64,000 bases of DNA from Cyanidioschyzon merolae (Eukaryota), in assembly GCA_000091205.1 (NCBI GenBank), contig AP006492.2. One strand, 5' to 3'. The notes beneath the pieces are model-generated. The model was not told the origin of the DNA. It worked only from the letters and a program-made list of their open reading frames with translations, and did not search any database. Within the stretch, counting starts at the first letter, position 1, and each line of letters begins with the position of its first letter. The translations under genes were made by a program, and so were the position numbers. Positions 52,336-63,896 of this stretch are shown piece by piece.

Positions 52336-53697
52336 ATGGAGCCGCAGACGGTTCAGGAGCTCGAGCTCTCCTACGGTGCTCGGGAGTTAATCCACAAGAC
52401 AGCGGAATTTGTCCGTAAGCACGCGGGTACGGATGTGGAGCAGCGGCTGCTGGCCCGCGAACCGAGCAAGTTTGCGTTTTTACAAGAGCAGCACCCCTGG
52501 CACAACGAATACCTCCGCGCCCTACTGGGCGAGGCTGCTGACGTTGTGACACCGCCCCAAGCAGACGCTTGTGCTGCGAAAGCGACTGGAAATGGCGATG
52601 TCATCACTACAGTCACATCGGACGCAATCTCGTTTGAGCAATACCTTCCGTACAAAGATTTTTTCCCGGCGTTGCGATCAGCAAACCTGGTGCTCGCTCT
52701 GGGCGGTACTCTTGAGGAGTGGCGAACGCGTCGACGCGAGCTGCTGTGTGCCCCTACAGCGTCAGAGCTGCAAGTGATGCGGCTGGTTGCGTCACACATG
52801 GCCCTGCGAGTGTTTTGCTCGGCCTTGCCGCCGCAACAGCGCGAGACCGAGGCTCCGGCGTCTGCGAGCCCTATCGCTGACGACTTGCGATGCTGCAGCG
52901 ATATCTGTTCGGGGGAGAAGCGTGGACTCAGCTCGGAACTACAGCGGGAGCTTCTCAGTTTGCTGGAGAAACAACCACGTTTGCTCGCGTTCCTACTGCC
53001 CCAACATGTTTATCATCCAATATTCCACCGGTTCCTCGAAGCGAGCGCAGATCTGCTGCACACGGCAGTCAATGGCGCTGCATTTGAATCGATGCTTGGA
53101 AAGCTTGAATCTTTCAAGGACGACGAATGGGCTGTGTTCGCTGCGGCACGACAATGGGTACCACGTGACCGGTATGCAGCGCCAGATTCTGGTGAGCAAC
53201 TCACGTTTCATGAGCGTGTATCACGGGCTTTCGCACTTGGAGCAGTGAGGCGGCCTAGAAAGCTAGGAACCCTAGCGATAAGTGAGCGTATTCCCGAGCT
53301 TCAGCGCTTGTCGCAAGGCGTACCGCCGGTTGCAGCCAGGACGTCATACCCGAAATCGATACCAGCGCCAGGGAAGCGAAAGCCCAATATGGCCTCTGGA
53401 CCTGCTGCTACTGGACAGCCGCCGTTCAAACGGAGCATGGTGACGCCACGAACATCGACAACGAGCCGCGTGGATGCTCGCGCATCCGCTACGTCGGTTC
53501 CCCAGCGACCACACCATAGAGCGGAGACACAGGCCATTTCTGATCCCCGTGCCGCACCGTTGAGGCCGGAGCACCCGCGGACTCAGCAAACTCGTGGGTG
53601 GCAAAACCAGTCGCCACGCGAAATGCAACGAGGTGGTAGTGCACAGCGGCGCCCGATGAACCCGTCGCCACCGTTTAACGGTCATCACACACGATAG
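52336..53697 (+). CDS. SURP (SWAP) motif-containing protein, possibly splicing-related, with an Arg/Pro/Ser-rich low-complexity C-terminus
   Basis: The N-terminal module ELELSYGARELIHKTAEFVRKHAGTDVEQRLLAREPSKFAFLQEQHPWHNEYLRALL matches the SURP consensus (xxIIxKTAxFVxxNGxxFExxLxxxExxNPKFxFLxxxDPYHxYY). Confidence 0.55.
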   Translation: MEPQTVQELELSYGARELIHKTAEFVRKHAGTDVEQRLLAREPSKFAFLQEQHPWHNEYLRALLGEAADVVTPPQADACAAKATGNGDVITTVTSDAISFEQYLPYKDFFPALRSANLVLALGGTLEEWRTRRRELLCAPTASELQVMRLVASHMALRVFCSALPPQQRETEAPASASPIADDLRCCSDICSGEKRGLSSELQRELLSLLEKQPRLLAFLLPQHVYHPIFHRFLEASADLLHTAVNGAAFESMLGKLESFKDDEWAVFAAARQWVPRDRYAAPDSGEQLTFHERVSRAFALGAVRRPRKLGTLAISERIPELQRLSQGVPPVAARTSYPKSIPAPGKRKPNMASGPAATGQPPFKRSMVTPRTSTTSRVDARASATSVPQRPHHRAETQAISDPRAAPLRPEHPRTQQTRGWQNQSPREMQRGGSAQRRPMNPSPPFNGHHTR

Positions 53698-54678
53698 CTC
53701 GTGAAAAGCATAAGACAGTCAATCCGAATGGTATGCTTGTATCTGCAGTCATGAAGATAGGCCGCACGTTGTGTGGCCGCTCAAGGCGGGTACCCGCGCA
53801 CTTGGTATTTCGATGATTTTTCGGCATTGCTGGCTCGCCAAGATCACGAAATCCATACAAGCGAAAGGTTTCGCGGGTATCGCATCAACGCAAAGGCATC
53901 CAAGCTTTCGGCACAATCGGTTTACGGTGCTTTACGCTCCAAATGCGTTGCACTGCGGGTCGCATGCAAACACGACCAACGATGCACGATCGCAGACGTC
54001 TCAAATCCTTGCACAGGACGCTGTCGACAACCTGGGGCAGTGCTCCTAATTAGGCTTTCGAATTTCAGCTAGAAAAAGCTTCAGTCAACAAGTTTGGCAT
54101 CGTATGCCTTTGCCAGTCAGGCCAAAGATACGGGTCCATTGAACGGGCTCGGGTTCAGCATTTTACCCGATATATAGGGTGCATCTGCGCGTTTCCTCGG
54201 ATCCCAGCGCGACGACGAACCACAGCTGCTGATCCTCGTACGTGATGAGACGCAGACGCTGTCAATCGTTCCACAAAAAGCTCGCCACAACAACGCGCGC
54301 CTCCGCTGCATTTCAATGAGGTCCATGGTATACGCTGGGAAGAGCCTGTCCGCGAATGGACCCCGGCATCGTCGAGCAACGCTAGTCGATACCCGTCGAC
54401 GCGTCACCAGGTGCTTGTGTCATAGTGCGAGGTCCGTGGCGATGGCACATTCAGCGTCGCACGAGGCATTCTAGATAGAGTCGGCATGTAAGATCTTTGC
54501 TAAAGGGTACCAATCATCATTGCAGCTTGGAGGTAGTCTGGCCTGAAGCTAGTGTAGCATCGTCATCCATGGAGAGGCACGGCAGTCGCTCACCTGGTTG
54601 CTGACCGCCCTCGCGCTTCCAGGGGATGCTGTTTCAGTACATCCACCTGACTGCACGAAGAAATCGTCGCGTTGGGTG

Positions 54679-55662
54679 TTAGATCGGCGAGCCTGTGTCC
54701 GTCTCACATACGAACTTCATGGAGACGAGTTCCTCGATCCCGGCTTCGACGATGTCGCCGTGCAAGAGGGGCCCCACACCAGCTGGCGTGCCGGTTAGGA
54801 TGATGTCGCCCTCCTCGAGGGTCATCCACCGCGAGGCGTAGTGCACGAGACTAGCGATATCGTGGACCATGTCGACAGTGCAACCACGCTGGCGAAGCTG
54901 CCCGTTAACTTTCAGCCACAGCCACAGCCGTTGTGGATCATGCACCTCCTCACGTCGAATAAAGCGAGACATGGGCAGGAACGAGTCAGCGCTTTTCGCT
55001 AGTGTCCAGGGTAGTCCTTTGGCTTTCGCCTCGCGTTGCCAGCGTCGCGCTGTCACGTCTATGCAAACGAGGTACCCCGCAATGAACGAAAACGCTGCAT
55101 CTCTAGGCACACGTTTGCACCTACGCGCTATGACAAGTCCTAGCTCAACCTCGTGCTCTGGCTCAGAGCCAATTGGCAGGAGGATCGGTCTCCCTTCGCG
55201 CAAATAGCACGTCGTAGGTTTCATGAAGAAAAACGGTTCCTGGGAAACACTAGGCACTTCATGACCCATTTCTTTAGCGTGCTCCACATAGTTTCGACCC
55301 ACAGCAAGACATTTCTTGGAGATTTTCGATACCAGTGCGTCACCGAGTGCTCTCCTCGCTCGGGAGGCCATGAGCACCTGCCAAGCCTGGGCACTGTTCT
55401 CGCAGCGCTCAAGTGCGGCAGCGGCAACGGTATTGGCGCCAATGCAATGCAGCGCGCCTTGGCGGATATGCATTGAGTCATGAGCAGTCTCTTGTGGTAG
55501 AGGCACGTTGGTTGGGTATACACTGAAGTCTATACCGTCAGTCAGAAGGACAGCTGGTACGCGGTGCTGGCAAGCGAGTTGTGTGACGAGCATCGAGCAC
55601 AAAAGCACGCTGTCGGGGGGCTTGTTGGGAGTAGCGTGTCTTGACGTTCTGGACGCTTTCAT
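54679..55662 (-). CDS. Fumarylacetoacetate hydrolase (FAH) family protein, FAHD1-like. The N-terminal ~97 aa may be an extension, with an alternative start at about 55371.
   Basis: CLAVGRNYVEHAKEMG, FFFMKPTTCY, EHEVELGLVIARRC, IAGYLVCIDVTARRWQ, DIILTGTPAGVG. Confidence 0.7.
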   Translation of the reverse strand: MKASRTSRHATPNKPPDSVLLCSMLVTQLACQHRVPAVLLTDGIDFSVYPTNVPLPQETAHDSMHIRQGALHCIGANTVAAAALERCENSAQAWQVLMASRARRALGDALVSKISKKCLAVGRNYVEHAKEMGHEVPSVSQEPFFFMKPTTCYLREGRPILLPIGSEPEHEVELGLVIARRCKRVPRDAAFSFIAGYLVCIDVTARRWQREAKAKGLPWTLAKSADSFLPMSRFIRREEVHDPQRLWLWLKVNGQLRQRGCTVDMVHDIASLVHYASRWMTLEEGDIILTGTPAGVGPLLHGDIVEAGIEELVSMKFVCETDTGSPI

Positions 55663-55702
55663 CGACCTACGCTGACGGGCTGGTGACCCTCGGGTCTGGA
55701 AA

Positions 55703-57094
55703 ATGACCCGCCGTTTGCGGACAAGTCGTAATTCCAGGGAGCAAAAGCCTCAGGCGAGCAGATCGCAGGCCGCACGGCACGGCGAGTCGACGACAAGTGA
55801 CGCGTTGGCGTGCCTAGGTCCAGACGCGGACGATGCGTTCTTCGCTGCGCGCTCGCGGGGCGCTGGAACCCCAGCGAGTGCGCTGAACCCACCGAGCGAC
55901 TGCGGCGAGCCCGAGCACCACGCCGAGGACCTGGATGCTGAGAATAGAGCACCAAGCGGGGACAGATTGCCTCCGGAAGGAGGACCAGGAGCCATGCAGA
56001 GCACCGGCGAACATGGGGTTTGTGCTGCACATTCACCAGAAACGCCTGCGGTGACCGCACCGACGTCTGCTGGCTCTTGGGATGCACTGGACGAGGACCA
56101 GCAACGGCACCTTGTATCAACAGTAACGCGCTTCCTACTTGTCCGTGAACAATCGCGCATACCCGTGTTGAAGCGGGACATAACAAGCCTCGTGGCTGAA
56201 ACCCTTGGGGTGCCGGCTGGTCCTCGAGGTCGATTTCCAACCTGGCTCACGACACTGCGGAACGCTGCTCTGGAACGCGCCGCACAAATGCTTCTTTTTG
56301 ATTTGGGCTTTCGGGTTCTTCAGGTGGGTCGTCTTCCGCTTGGCGAGCATGCGAGGGGTCGCACGCGACAGGCTGCTCGTGGTTTAACGCTGACCGTAGC
56401 CCCCTATCACTTCTATCAGGAGAGATGTCTGGTCGAGGGAGCACCACCGTCGCTCGACGAAGCGCCGCCTGGAAACGATGGAATGCCCAGTGATCTACTC
56501 CTGCTCGTTTCGGACTTGCCCCCAAAGCTGCGCCCACAGCCGAGGAGCATTGCTTTTTCGGGATTGCTCATGGTGCTTGCATGTCTCTTTGGTCTTTCCG
56601 ACACCGGAATGATACAAGAGAAAGAGCTTTTCAATAGTTTTGCGCGAATCGGCTTAATGACCGTCCACAACAATTCCCAAGCTACCCGTGAGGCAGCGCT
56701 TCCAGCGCATACGCACAACGGAGACTATGTGCCTGAAACGAACCCATTGCGAGGTGTGCCGGCGAATGACGCCGACCCCGATGCCACTGGAGCTGTCTCC
56801 GGCGACAACGTCTGGTTCCATGGGTACCAGCGAAAAGCTGACATCCACAAACTCTTAACGCTCTATCTCCCAAAAATGCTCTATTTGCAACGCTTTCGAT
56901 TGAATATCGCGGATTCGGAATGGACATACGCTGCAGGTCCTCGCCTCAGAGCCGAGCTTCCACCGGAAAGTTTGTTCGAGCTCCTGTGCGAGTTCTTTGG
57001 CGAGGATGCGGACGAAGGCGCTGCAACGAATCTACGGCGCCGTCTCCTACCAGATCAGCCCGTGATGCTGAATGCATCACGTGCCGAATCGTAG
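55703..57094 (+). CDS. Hypothetical protein, 463 aa
   Basis: ATG-initiated long ORF with host-like composition. No recognised domain. Confidence 0.4.
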   Translation: MTRRLRTSRNSREQKPQASRSQAARHGESTTSDALACLGPDADDAFFAARSRGAGTPASALNPPSDCGEPEHHAEDLDAENRAPSGDRLPPEGGPGAMQSTGEHGVCAAHSPETPAVTAPTSAGSWDALDEDQQRHLVSTVTRFLLVREQSRIPVLKRDITSLVAETLGVPAGPRGRFPTWLTTLRNAALERAAQMLLFDLGFRVLQVGRLPLGEHARGRTRQAARGLTLTVAPYHFYQERCLVEGAPPSLDEAPPGNDGMPSDLLLLVSDLPPKLRPQPRSIAFSGLLMVLACLFGLSDTGMIQEKELFNSFARIGLMTVHNNSQATREAALPAHTHNGDYVPETNPLRGVPANDADPDATGAVSGDNVWFHGYQRKADIHKLLTLYLPKMLYLQRFRLNIADSEWTYAAGPRLRAELPPESLFELLCEFFGEDADEGAATNLRRRLLPDQPVMLNASRAES

Positions 57095-57195
57095 AAGGTG
57101 AATGGATTCGGCAGCAGGTGCGCATCTGTGCCGAGTCTGCTTCGACGAATCGCTGCTTTTCTAGAGCTGTCAGTGCCCAGATGATCTGTTCGAGT

Positions 57196-58405
57196 CTAGG
57201 TCGCGTAGAGTACTTCAGCAGGCGAGTAATCGTCAAAAGCTCGCGGTGAGCGCCGATGCTCCAGTCGCAAGTGCTGGTGCACGTCCGGCCATACCTGCAC
57301 ACAATTTGGTCCATACGCTTCAGCAACAGCATGAACAGCTGTGTAGTACACCTGGTCAGTACGTACGAAGCACTTTTCACGGTTCAGGTGCGGTTTGCAA
57401 ACGCGATCAACGGGAGCGGCAGCACCTAGCCATGGCCTCCGGAGCGACGTCTGAGAGGCTTCGCTCCAGTTCAGAGCCGGTTCAATAACGTCGTAACGCC
57501 ACCAGCAAGGCACTCGAACACTGCACAGGTTAATCGGTAGTTGTCTTTCAATGTCATCCAGCACATGCAGTACCGGGCTTTCCGGATTAGAGCGCAGCGC
57601 ATTTTCGCTCGGAACGATGTACTCGTCCACATCTGCGAAAAGAATCCATTTGAATATGCCGCGATTCCGCCACAAACAATCGTTCATGGCTGCAATCTGA
57701 ACATGATTCCAGTGCACGCCCTTTGGTGGACGAAATGGCCACGCTATGATCGATACATTCGCAGGCACATCGGCGAGTCGCTCCGTCAATTCATCCCTAA
57801 GCTCCATTATTCTGGAACCACAGGCATCCGGCTCATTGAGATAGATGAAAAAATTCCGAATGCCGACCCTTGTATGGTGTATGATCCACGACAGGAGGAG
57901 GCTCTGCGAAACGGAGCGTTCTACGTTGTTCGGCCGACGGTTCTCCTGAGACTCAGGGCGCAACCGCAGCATCGTCCAGGCAGCGAGATGTAACTGCTCG
58001 TTTGGAGCAGTTCCTTCGAAAGCATCGGCGTCTGGTTTGCACTGCAGAATGAGCACTTCGTTTTGCGGGTCTAGGCGTGGCGGGAGAACGCCACCGGGCG
58101 CACACCACGTCGCTGCTGCTTGCTCTACAGTGCGCCGGTCCAGGGGCCCGCGAGCGCTCAAGACCAGCGTTTCAAGACCGTCACGTGACCGGAACCTGTC
58201 AAGGACGCGTAGCTTCGCGTAGGAGGTGATTCCTGTAGTCTCCTGGGTAAAACGGCATGCTTCTAGTATGGAAAGCGTGCGCTCGAGAGCATCGCCCGAC
58301 CTGGAGTGAAGTAATACCAGGAGCGTCAGCAGCAGGACGCAACCGGACAGCAGTCTTCTCGGGAAACCTGTTCCAGACGCACCTCCGACACCAACAACAA
58401 ACATC
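57196..58405 (-). CDS. Glycosyltransferase family 92-like (DUF23) type II membrane protein
   Basis: Signal anchor MFVVGVGGASGTGFPRRLLSGCVLLLTLLVLL. GT92-like segments IHHTRVGIRNFFIYLNE and WILFADVDEYIVP (DxD-type). The track start at 58482 is TTG and lies inside the Fanzor D right end. The first ATG, at 58405..58403, lies within the last 8 nt of the Fanzor D right end. Confidence 0.55.
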
Positions 58406-61000
58406 TCCCAAAAGAAAAACGTTGTGACCGCCAGTGGTGTACAGTAGTGGCGAGTGCTCCGCCTTAGACTAGACGTCGCCAACTGACGAGCTGATGCCTT
58501 CCAGTCTTTTTCGACCGGCCACCTACAACGGCTTCCAATTTTTTCTCATATAATCCCACTTTGAGTGGTTGTCCCTTAAAATTCTCTCTTGACAGCTGTG
58601 GAGGTTTTTTCTCCATCACCGCGCATCTCCTGATATTGATGGCGGTGTTAAAATCTCGGTTCACAAACTCCATACGTTTCTCGCCATTGTTGGTACTCAC
58701 CAATGCAAGCAATCCTCGAACTTTCGCCATCCTTTCCATCTGCTCCTCCGTCAGCGGTCCGTATTTTCTTATCCTCAGGGCTCCTCATGCACATTCCTAC
58801 CTCCACTCTCTGAAGTAGACACCCCAGCTCATGGTGTGTATACGACGTTCGAAACTCACCTACAGGTATTGTTACAAAGCGCCTTGCGCACTCCTTATAC
58901 GCACTCGTCGTTGGAGCTGGCGTAGTTCCTTTTTGGGTCTTCCAGCGCCCTGCTCCGTATGCTACTACGAGCCTCTGACTTTTTTTATCCTCCTTCAAGG
59001 CGCTCATCTGATTGAAAACGTTCGCAAATGCCCGCTGCCTCTCTCCGTATAGACTCATACGCAGACGAGCCCACCGGGGCATGGTATACTCCTTCCACAG
59101 TGCGTCCCAATGGGCAACGCGAACTTCCATGAATTTCCGAAAAGCAGTAAAGTCCGCTCCTCAGCTCGTGATCTCCCTCATAGCTTCGAGGTGATCCTTC
59201 ATTCCTGCATTCCACCTCTCATTTGTCTTCCTTGCATTCATTATATCCGATTCTAGACAGTATCTCGCTCTCGAGAACCTCAAAAGACGCATGTCTTTCT
59301 GAGGTAAGTTGCCGTCAGTACCATCATCCGCACGCTTGGGAGCAGCGATGGTTATGATATTCGTATTCCCAGGGTCCGCGCCGACGACAAAGTCGTTATC
59401 TTGCACCTCCTGCGTCGCAAGATCCGCCTCCTTCTTTTCTGCATTCTTCGCCGCGCCAACGAAAGTCGTTATCCTGCACCTCCTGTGCCGCAGGATCCGC
59501 CTCCTTCTCACATTCATGGTTCGTCACGGGCGCAGCCGAGGGCGGGACTGGACGATCTCTCTTCAACCGCCGATAGTGTATACACAAGGCTACTCCATCG
59601 GTATCGATCATCCCAGTGAGTACCTTTTGTTTGCTCACCCTCAGACGTTTGAAATCGAAGATATTCTTCCAGAACGTCTCCCGGTTTTCACCGTAGAATT
59701 CCTCCCTGCTAACATCGAACTCCGGACTGATCTCCTTCATGATGCCATGAAGGACTGCGGAGTCGATACTCACAAAATGTGACTTGATGGTGCACATCGG
59801 AACGATGTAGAAGCGCTTACCCATCAGGAAAGCCTTCCGTCTGTCCCAGTCTTCAGTTTTCCCCACTCAGCTTCATTTCTGCCTTGCGTTCGAGTTCTCG
59901 GTCCAGAAACACGAAATAACATAGGATGAGGCGATAGTATCTTCCCTTATCTTTTTCAACGCTGATATCTTGTCTGTTGGATTCGGCAGCCCCATGACTG
60001 CACGGTGCTCTTGTATATCCGCACGGATGACGGAGACCTTATTCGTGCTCTGGTTTGACGCCTTCTTGTCGACAAATTCGACGTCATCTTCACGCTTGCG
60101 ATCGTTCGTGATGCCATTGATAATCGCTGATATTCCTTTGGGACAGATGCCCGGGTAGAGTGCAAACAAGGCGCGTATCATGTAACGTTCGAGGTTCACT
60201 GTCAAATTGTTCTTCAGGTTCGCGGTATACTTTATCGCCCCGTATATGTAAATACCCCGGTCACCGCTTTATCGATTACTCTCGAGGCGGAATTCCGCCA
60301 AGTTTTCGTGGAGGGCATGCACTGGCTCATTTTCCCCCGCGCTTACTCTGTACCAAGCATCAGCTGACGAATAAACGTCGCATCGAAAACGCCGTCCGGG
60401 AACCTCGACCGTTTCCATGTGCGTCACTTCGCGATACATCTCCCTCGCCAAATGCATCAGTCCTGACGAGGCCTTGACAATACTCTTGGAGTACGAGTCG
60501 ATACGTTTTTCGATAGCGTTTCGCTAGTGTTCCCTGTAAGGATCCTTGATATGTTTAAGAAGAAAGGTTTTCACCAGCATCTCGTTGTACGGTTGTAGTT
60601 CTTGCGGCCATCGACTTGGGATATCCCCTTTTTGCGTTTTCTTCTTATGCTGTTCTTCTGAACTCGGTACTGTTTTTTTCTTTTCTGGCAGCCAGCGACA
60701 CTGGGGCGTCAGGATCGCCGACTTGCTTTTTCATAACATCCTTTTTTTGTTTTTTTTTGAAAAGAACGCTCCATCAACGCCTCTGATATAGACCGCTAAA
60801 TATCACTTGGATAAACTAAATTGAGCGTTGAAACATAATTGACCTGAAAAGTGTACTCTGTTATGACTTTAACGAATATACAACTTGTAATTGAGAGCAA
60901 CACGCTCAAGATCGCGATCGCGTTTCCCTTCACCAACGACATGCGCGTGGTGTCTCATACCTGCCAGATATGGAGGTGCGCGTATCGACCGCTATAATCC
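58398..61000 (-). mobile_element. Fanzor/TnpB-like element, copy D. It is heavily frameshifted. Its left end is cut about 40 bp short by the 5' junction of LINE copy 3.
   Basis: ORFs 58464..58739, 58648..59130, 59161..59517, 59396..59866, 59873..60205 and 60269..60457 on the minus strand all align to copies B and C. Motifs: [16 protein letters not shown] and FVNRDFNTAINI. The right end is homologous to A, and more distantly to B and C. Confidence 0.7.
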
Positions 61001-62269
61001 CTTGGCACACGGACTCGAACTCCAAATACCCTCGACAGAAGGTATAGCAGCAGGCTGCCGGGTACGTATATGGGCCAAAGGGCCCGCCATGCGCACCTCT
61101 TTGAGTCGGATTTTCATGCAGACCCCTACGCACCTCAAGAACACTTGGACGAAATTGACGCAGATTGGGCTGAAGCGCCTATTAGACGAACATACGCTCC
61201 CCAATCGTTCCCCAGGAATGTACAAGGCTCCCGCCGCCTCAAGCGAACGGTCCAAACAACAATATGGGAACGTAGACACGGAACCAGTCGCGCCAGTAAC
61301 GCCGGCTTGATCCTATACCGGAGCTACAACCTAGCATACACATGCAAGTACTGGTGGGAGGCGCTGGAATTCCCGGGACTTGCTCGAGGTACCCAGTGGC
61401 TCGCCAAAATCCGCGTTGGTGGCTTCTGGCTAGCGGCACCGGCTCTAAGCCGTATAGGGACACTGGAATCGCACTGGGAGTCACACTGTCCCTGCTATCG
61501 AGACGATAACCCCGAGACGCTGACATATTTAGGCTTACAGTGCCCGCGCTGGAAGCAGGAGCGCAGCGAGCTCCTTGAAGGACAGCAGCAGCTGGGCATC
61601 ACCATGATATCCGAGGGCCGGACACTCACTTTGAGAGCAGCACTGGCAACTGATGGTCCGCTAACAGATCCTCAGCGCTCATTAGTGGCGAACAAACTCA
61701 CATGCTACCTTCCAAGCGGAAGGTCCAGCGGATCGGATGCGCACACGGGCCCAGTGCTCTCTGCGCCTACCTTCTGTATGGGTGTCAAACACAAACCCGC
61801 ATTGCCAACCGACGACAACGCATTCCATGCATGATCACGAAAGAGAGAGGCGGCTCCCACGATATATCCTAACAGTCAAGTTTCTCCAGCGTGTCGAGCA
61901 GCGAAGACAAGCCTGCATCCGCAGACTGTCCGAGCACACACTGACGACGAGACCCGATTCTACGTCGGGTGAAGCGCACCTTGAGCCGACGCCCTCTGGG
62001 GTATAGAAAAGCCGTTCTGTCTCCATGATGCATCTGTACCAAAGGTAAAGACGCTATTGCGGACAATTAGGACAGGTTCTGGGCACACGATAGGACGTAT
62101 GAGATGACCAGAATATCCGAGATGAAGGATAGGTAATTTGACGTGGAGGTACGGGGGTTGATGGATACCCCACCGCGCACTGTAAAAAAATAACGCAAAA
62201 AGTAAGAAAAGAAAAATGCGCACAATCGGAGAACGCTGGCCCAAGTAAACGCGTTGTCCGTGAAAAAGG
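61001..62269 (+). mobile_element. Non-LTR retrotransposon (LINE) copy 3, a 5'-truncated 3' fragment holding the C-terminus of ORF2 and the 3' UTR
   Basis: ORF 61070..61834(+) has the CCHC block HCPCYRDDNPETLTYLGLQCPRWKQER and is collinear with 29967-31190 of copy 2. It ends ...AAGTAAACGCGTTGTCCGTGAAAAAG at about 62269. Confidence 0.75.
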
Positions 62270-62462
62270 ACTCATCGATGCCGGCAGGCGTGCAGGCAAT
62301 CAGGCAGGCGGCAATCTCAGCCACAGAATGCGACGGCGCGAGCGCACGTCCTTCCCGGGGCAATAAGCGGCGCCTTTCGTCCTATACGAGCGTGCTGCTG
62401 TAATTTCTGCTTTGAACCATTTTACAAGCGAGCAAGTACGAGGACACTGTTTCACGGAAACA

Positions 62463-63896
62463 ATGATAGCGTTCGTTATTAATTCTGCAACGAAGGCCGC
62501 AGTTAGCCCATTAAAAGGACAAATTTGCCGTGGTCTTCCGAAAAACCCGAGCTTTGCGGCGTCTACCTGGCTAGGGCAGGCTGCGCTCTCGACGCGGCCG
62601 CGAAGTTCGCAAGGGCGTGGGCGCTCCGGTGTTCGCGAAAGCGCAGCTACGCGCGCACGCGCTCCTGTTTGTGTTCAAACAAGTGACGTTGCTATGCGGG
62701 TCCGTTCTATTCGTGATTTGCAGGACGCTGAAATCCGCGGAAAAAGAGTGTTTGTTCGTTCTGATTTGAACGTGCCCCTTGATGGAAAGCGAATCACAGA
62801 CGACACGCGGATTCGGGCGTCCGTCCCGACGATCAAGTACCTCGCAGACAAAGGAGCAAAGGTGATCGTCGTTTCGCACCTCGGGCGACCCAAGGGCGGC
62901 TTTGAGGACAAATATTCCTTGGCGCCAGTGGCGGAACGTCTCTCGGAACTCTTGGGAAAGAAGGTTCGCATGGCAAAGGATTGTATCGGGGACGCAGTGG
63001 CGACCGAAGTAGCGGCTATGTCCCCTGGAGATGTTGTTCTTCTGGAGAACGTCCGTTTTTACCCTGAGGAAGAAAAGAACGACCCCGATTTTGCGCGCAA
63101 GCTAGCGGCGAATGCGGACCTCTACGTGAATGATGCGTTCGGAACGGCGCACCGGGCGCACGCGTCCACAGAGGGCGTTACCGCTTTTCTCAAACCCGCA
63201 GTGGCGGGATTCCTCCTCGAAAAAGAGCTGGATTATTTGTCGAACGCAATTGAGAGCCCGAAGCGTCCATTTGCCGCTATCGTTGGAGGCTCCAAGGTCA
63301 GCACGAAAATCGCTGTTTTGGAGAAACTTCTTCAAAAATGCGATACAATCATCATCGGAGGAGGCATGGTATTTACGTTTCTCCGCGCGCGCGGTCTGAA
63401 GACTGGTAGCTCGCTTGTTGAGGAAGACAAAATTGAGTTGGCACGAGTCATCGAGGAAGAAGCGCGCAAGCGGGGAATCGAGCTCCTCCTACCCCTCGAT
63501 GTTGTCGTCGCCGATAAGTTCGCCAATGATGCGAATACAAAGGTCGTACCAGTGGAGGAGATTCCGGACGGATGGATGGGTCTTGATAACGGGCCAGAGA
63601 CGACAAGAATGATCCAGGAGAAGCTTCGCACGATGAAGACTGTTCTTTGGAACGGGCCCCTGGGCGTTTTCGAGATGCCGAACTTTGCCAAGGGCACCTT
63701 TGCCATTGCGGAGACTCTCGCGGAGATCACTCAGAACGGCTGCATCACGATTGTGGGAGGTGGCGATTCTGTTGCCGCTATGGAGCAATCAGGTAAGGCG
63801 GACAAGGTATCGCATATCTCAACCGGTGGTGGCGCTGCGTTGGAGTTAATCGAGGGGCGGGTATTGCCAGGTGTAGCGGCGCTCCAGAGGGCGTGA
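62463..63896 (+). CDS. PGK: Phosphoglycerate kinase with an N-terminal presequence of about 77 aa that is rich in R/S/A and looks like an organellar targeting peptide. The mature-like start is MRVRSIRD at 62694.
   Basis: [65 protein letters not shown]. The track start at 62412 is TTG. The first ATG is at 62463. Confidence 0.9.
   Translation: MIAFVINSATKAAVSPLKGQICRGLPKNPSFAASTWLGQAALSTRPRSSQGRGRSGVRESAATRARAPVCVQTSDVAMRVRSIRDLQDAEIRGKRVFVRSDLNVPLDGKRITDDTRIRASVPTIKYLADKGAKVIVVSHLGRPKGGFEDKYSLAPVAERLSELLGKKVRMAKDCIGDAVATEVAAMSPGDVVLLENVRFYPEEEKNDPDFARKLAANADLYVNDAFGTAHRAHASTEGVTAFLKPAVAGFLLEKELDYLSNAIESPKRPFAAIVGGSKVSTKIAVLEKLLQKCDTIIIGGGMVFTFLRARGLKTGSSLVEEDKIELARVIEEEARKRGIELLLPLDVVVADKFANDANTKVVPVEEIPDGWMGLDNGPETTRMIQEKLRTMKTVLWNGPLGVFEMPNFAKGTFAIAETLAEITQNGCITIVGGGDSVAAMEQSGKADKVSHISTGGGAALELIEGRVLPGVAALQRA

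Noticed and set aside
25607-62414. ORF-track start codons at 25607, 62412, 58482, 39514, 12730, 46722 and 44132
   Set aside because: These are TTG or GTG, since the track allows alternative starts. For eukaryotic genes I moved the starts to the first in-frame ATG.
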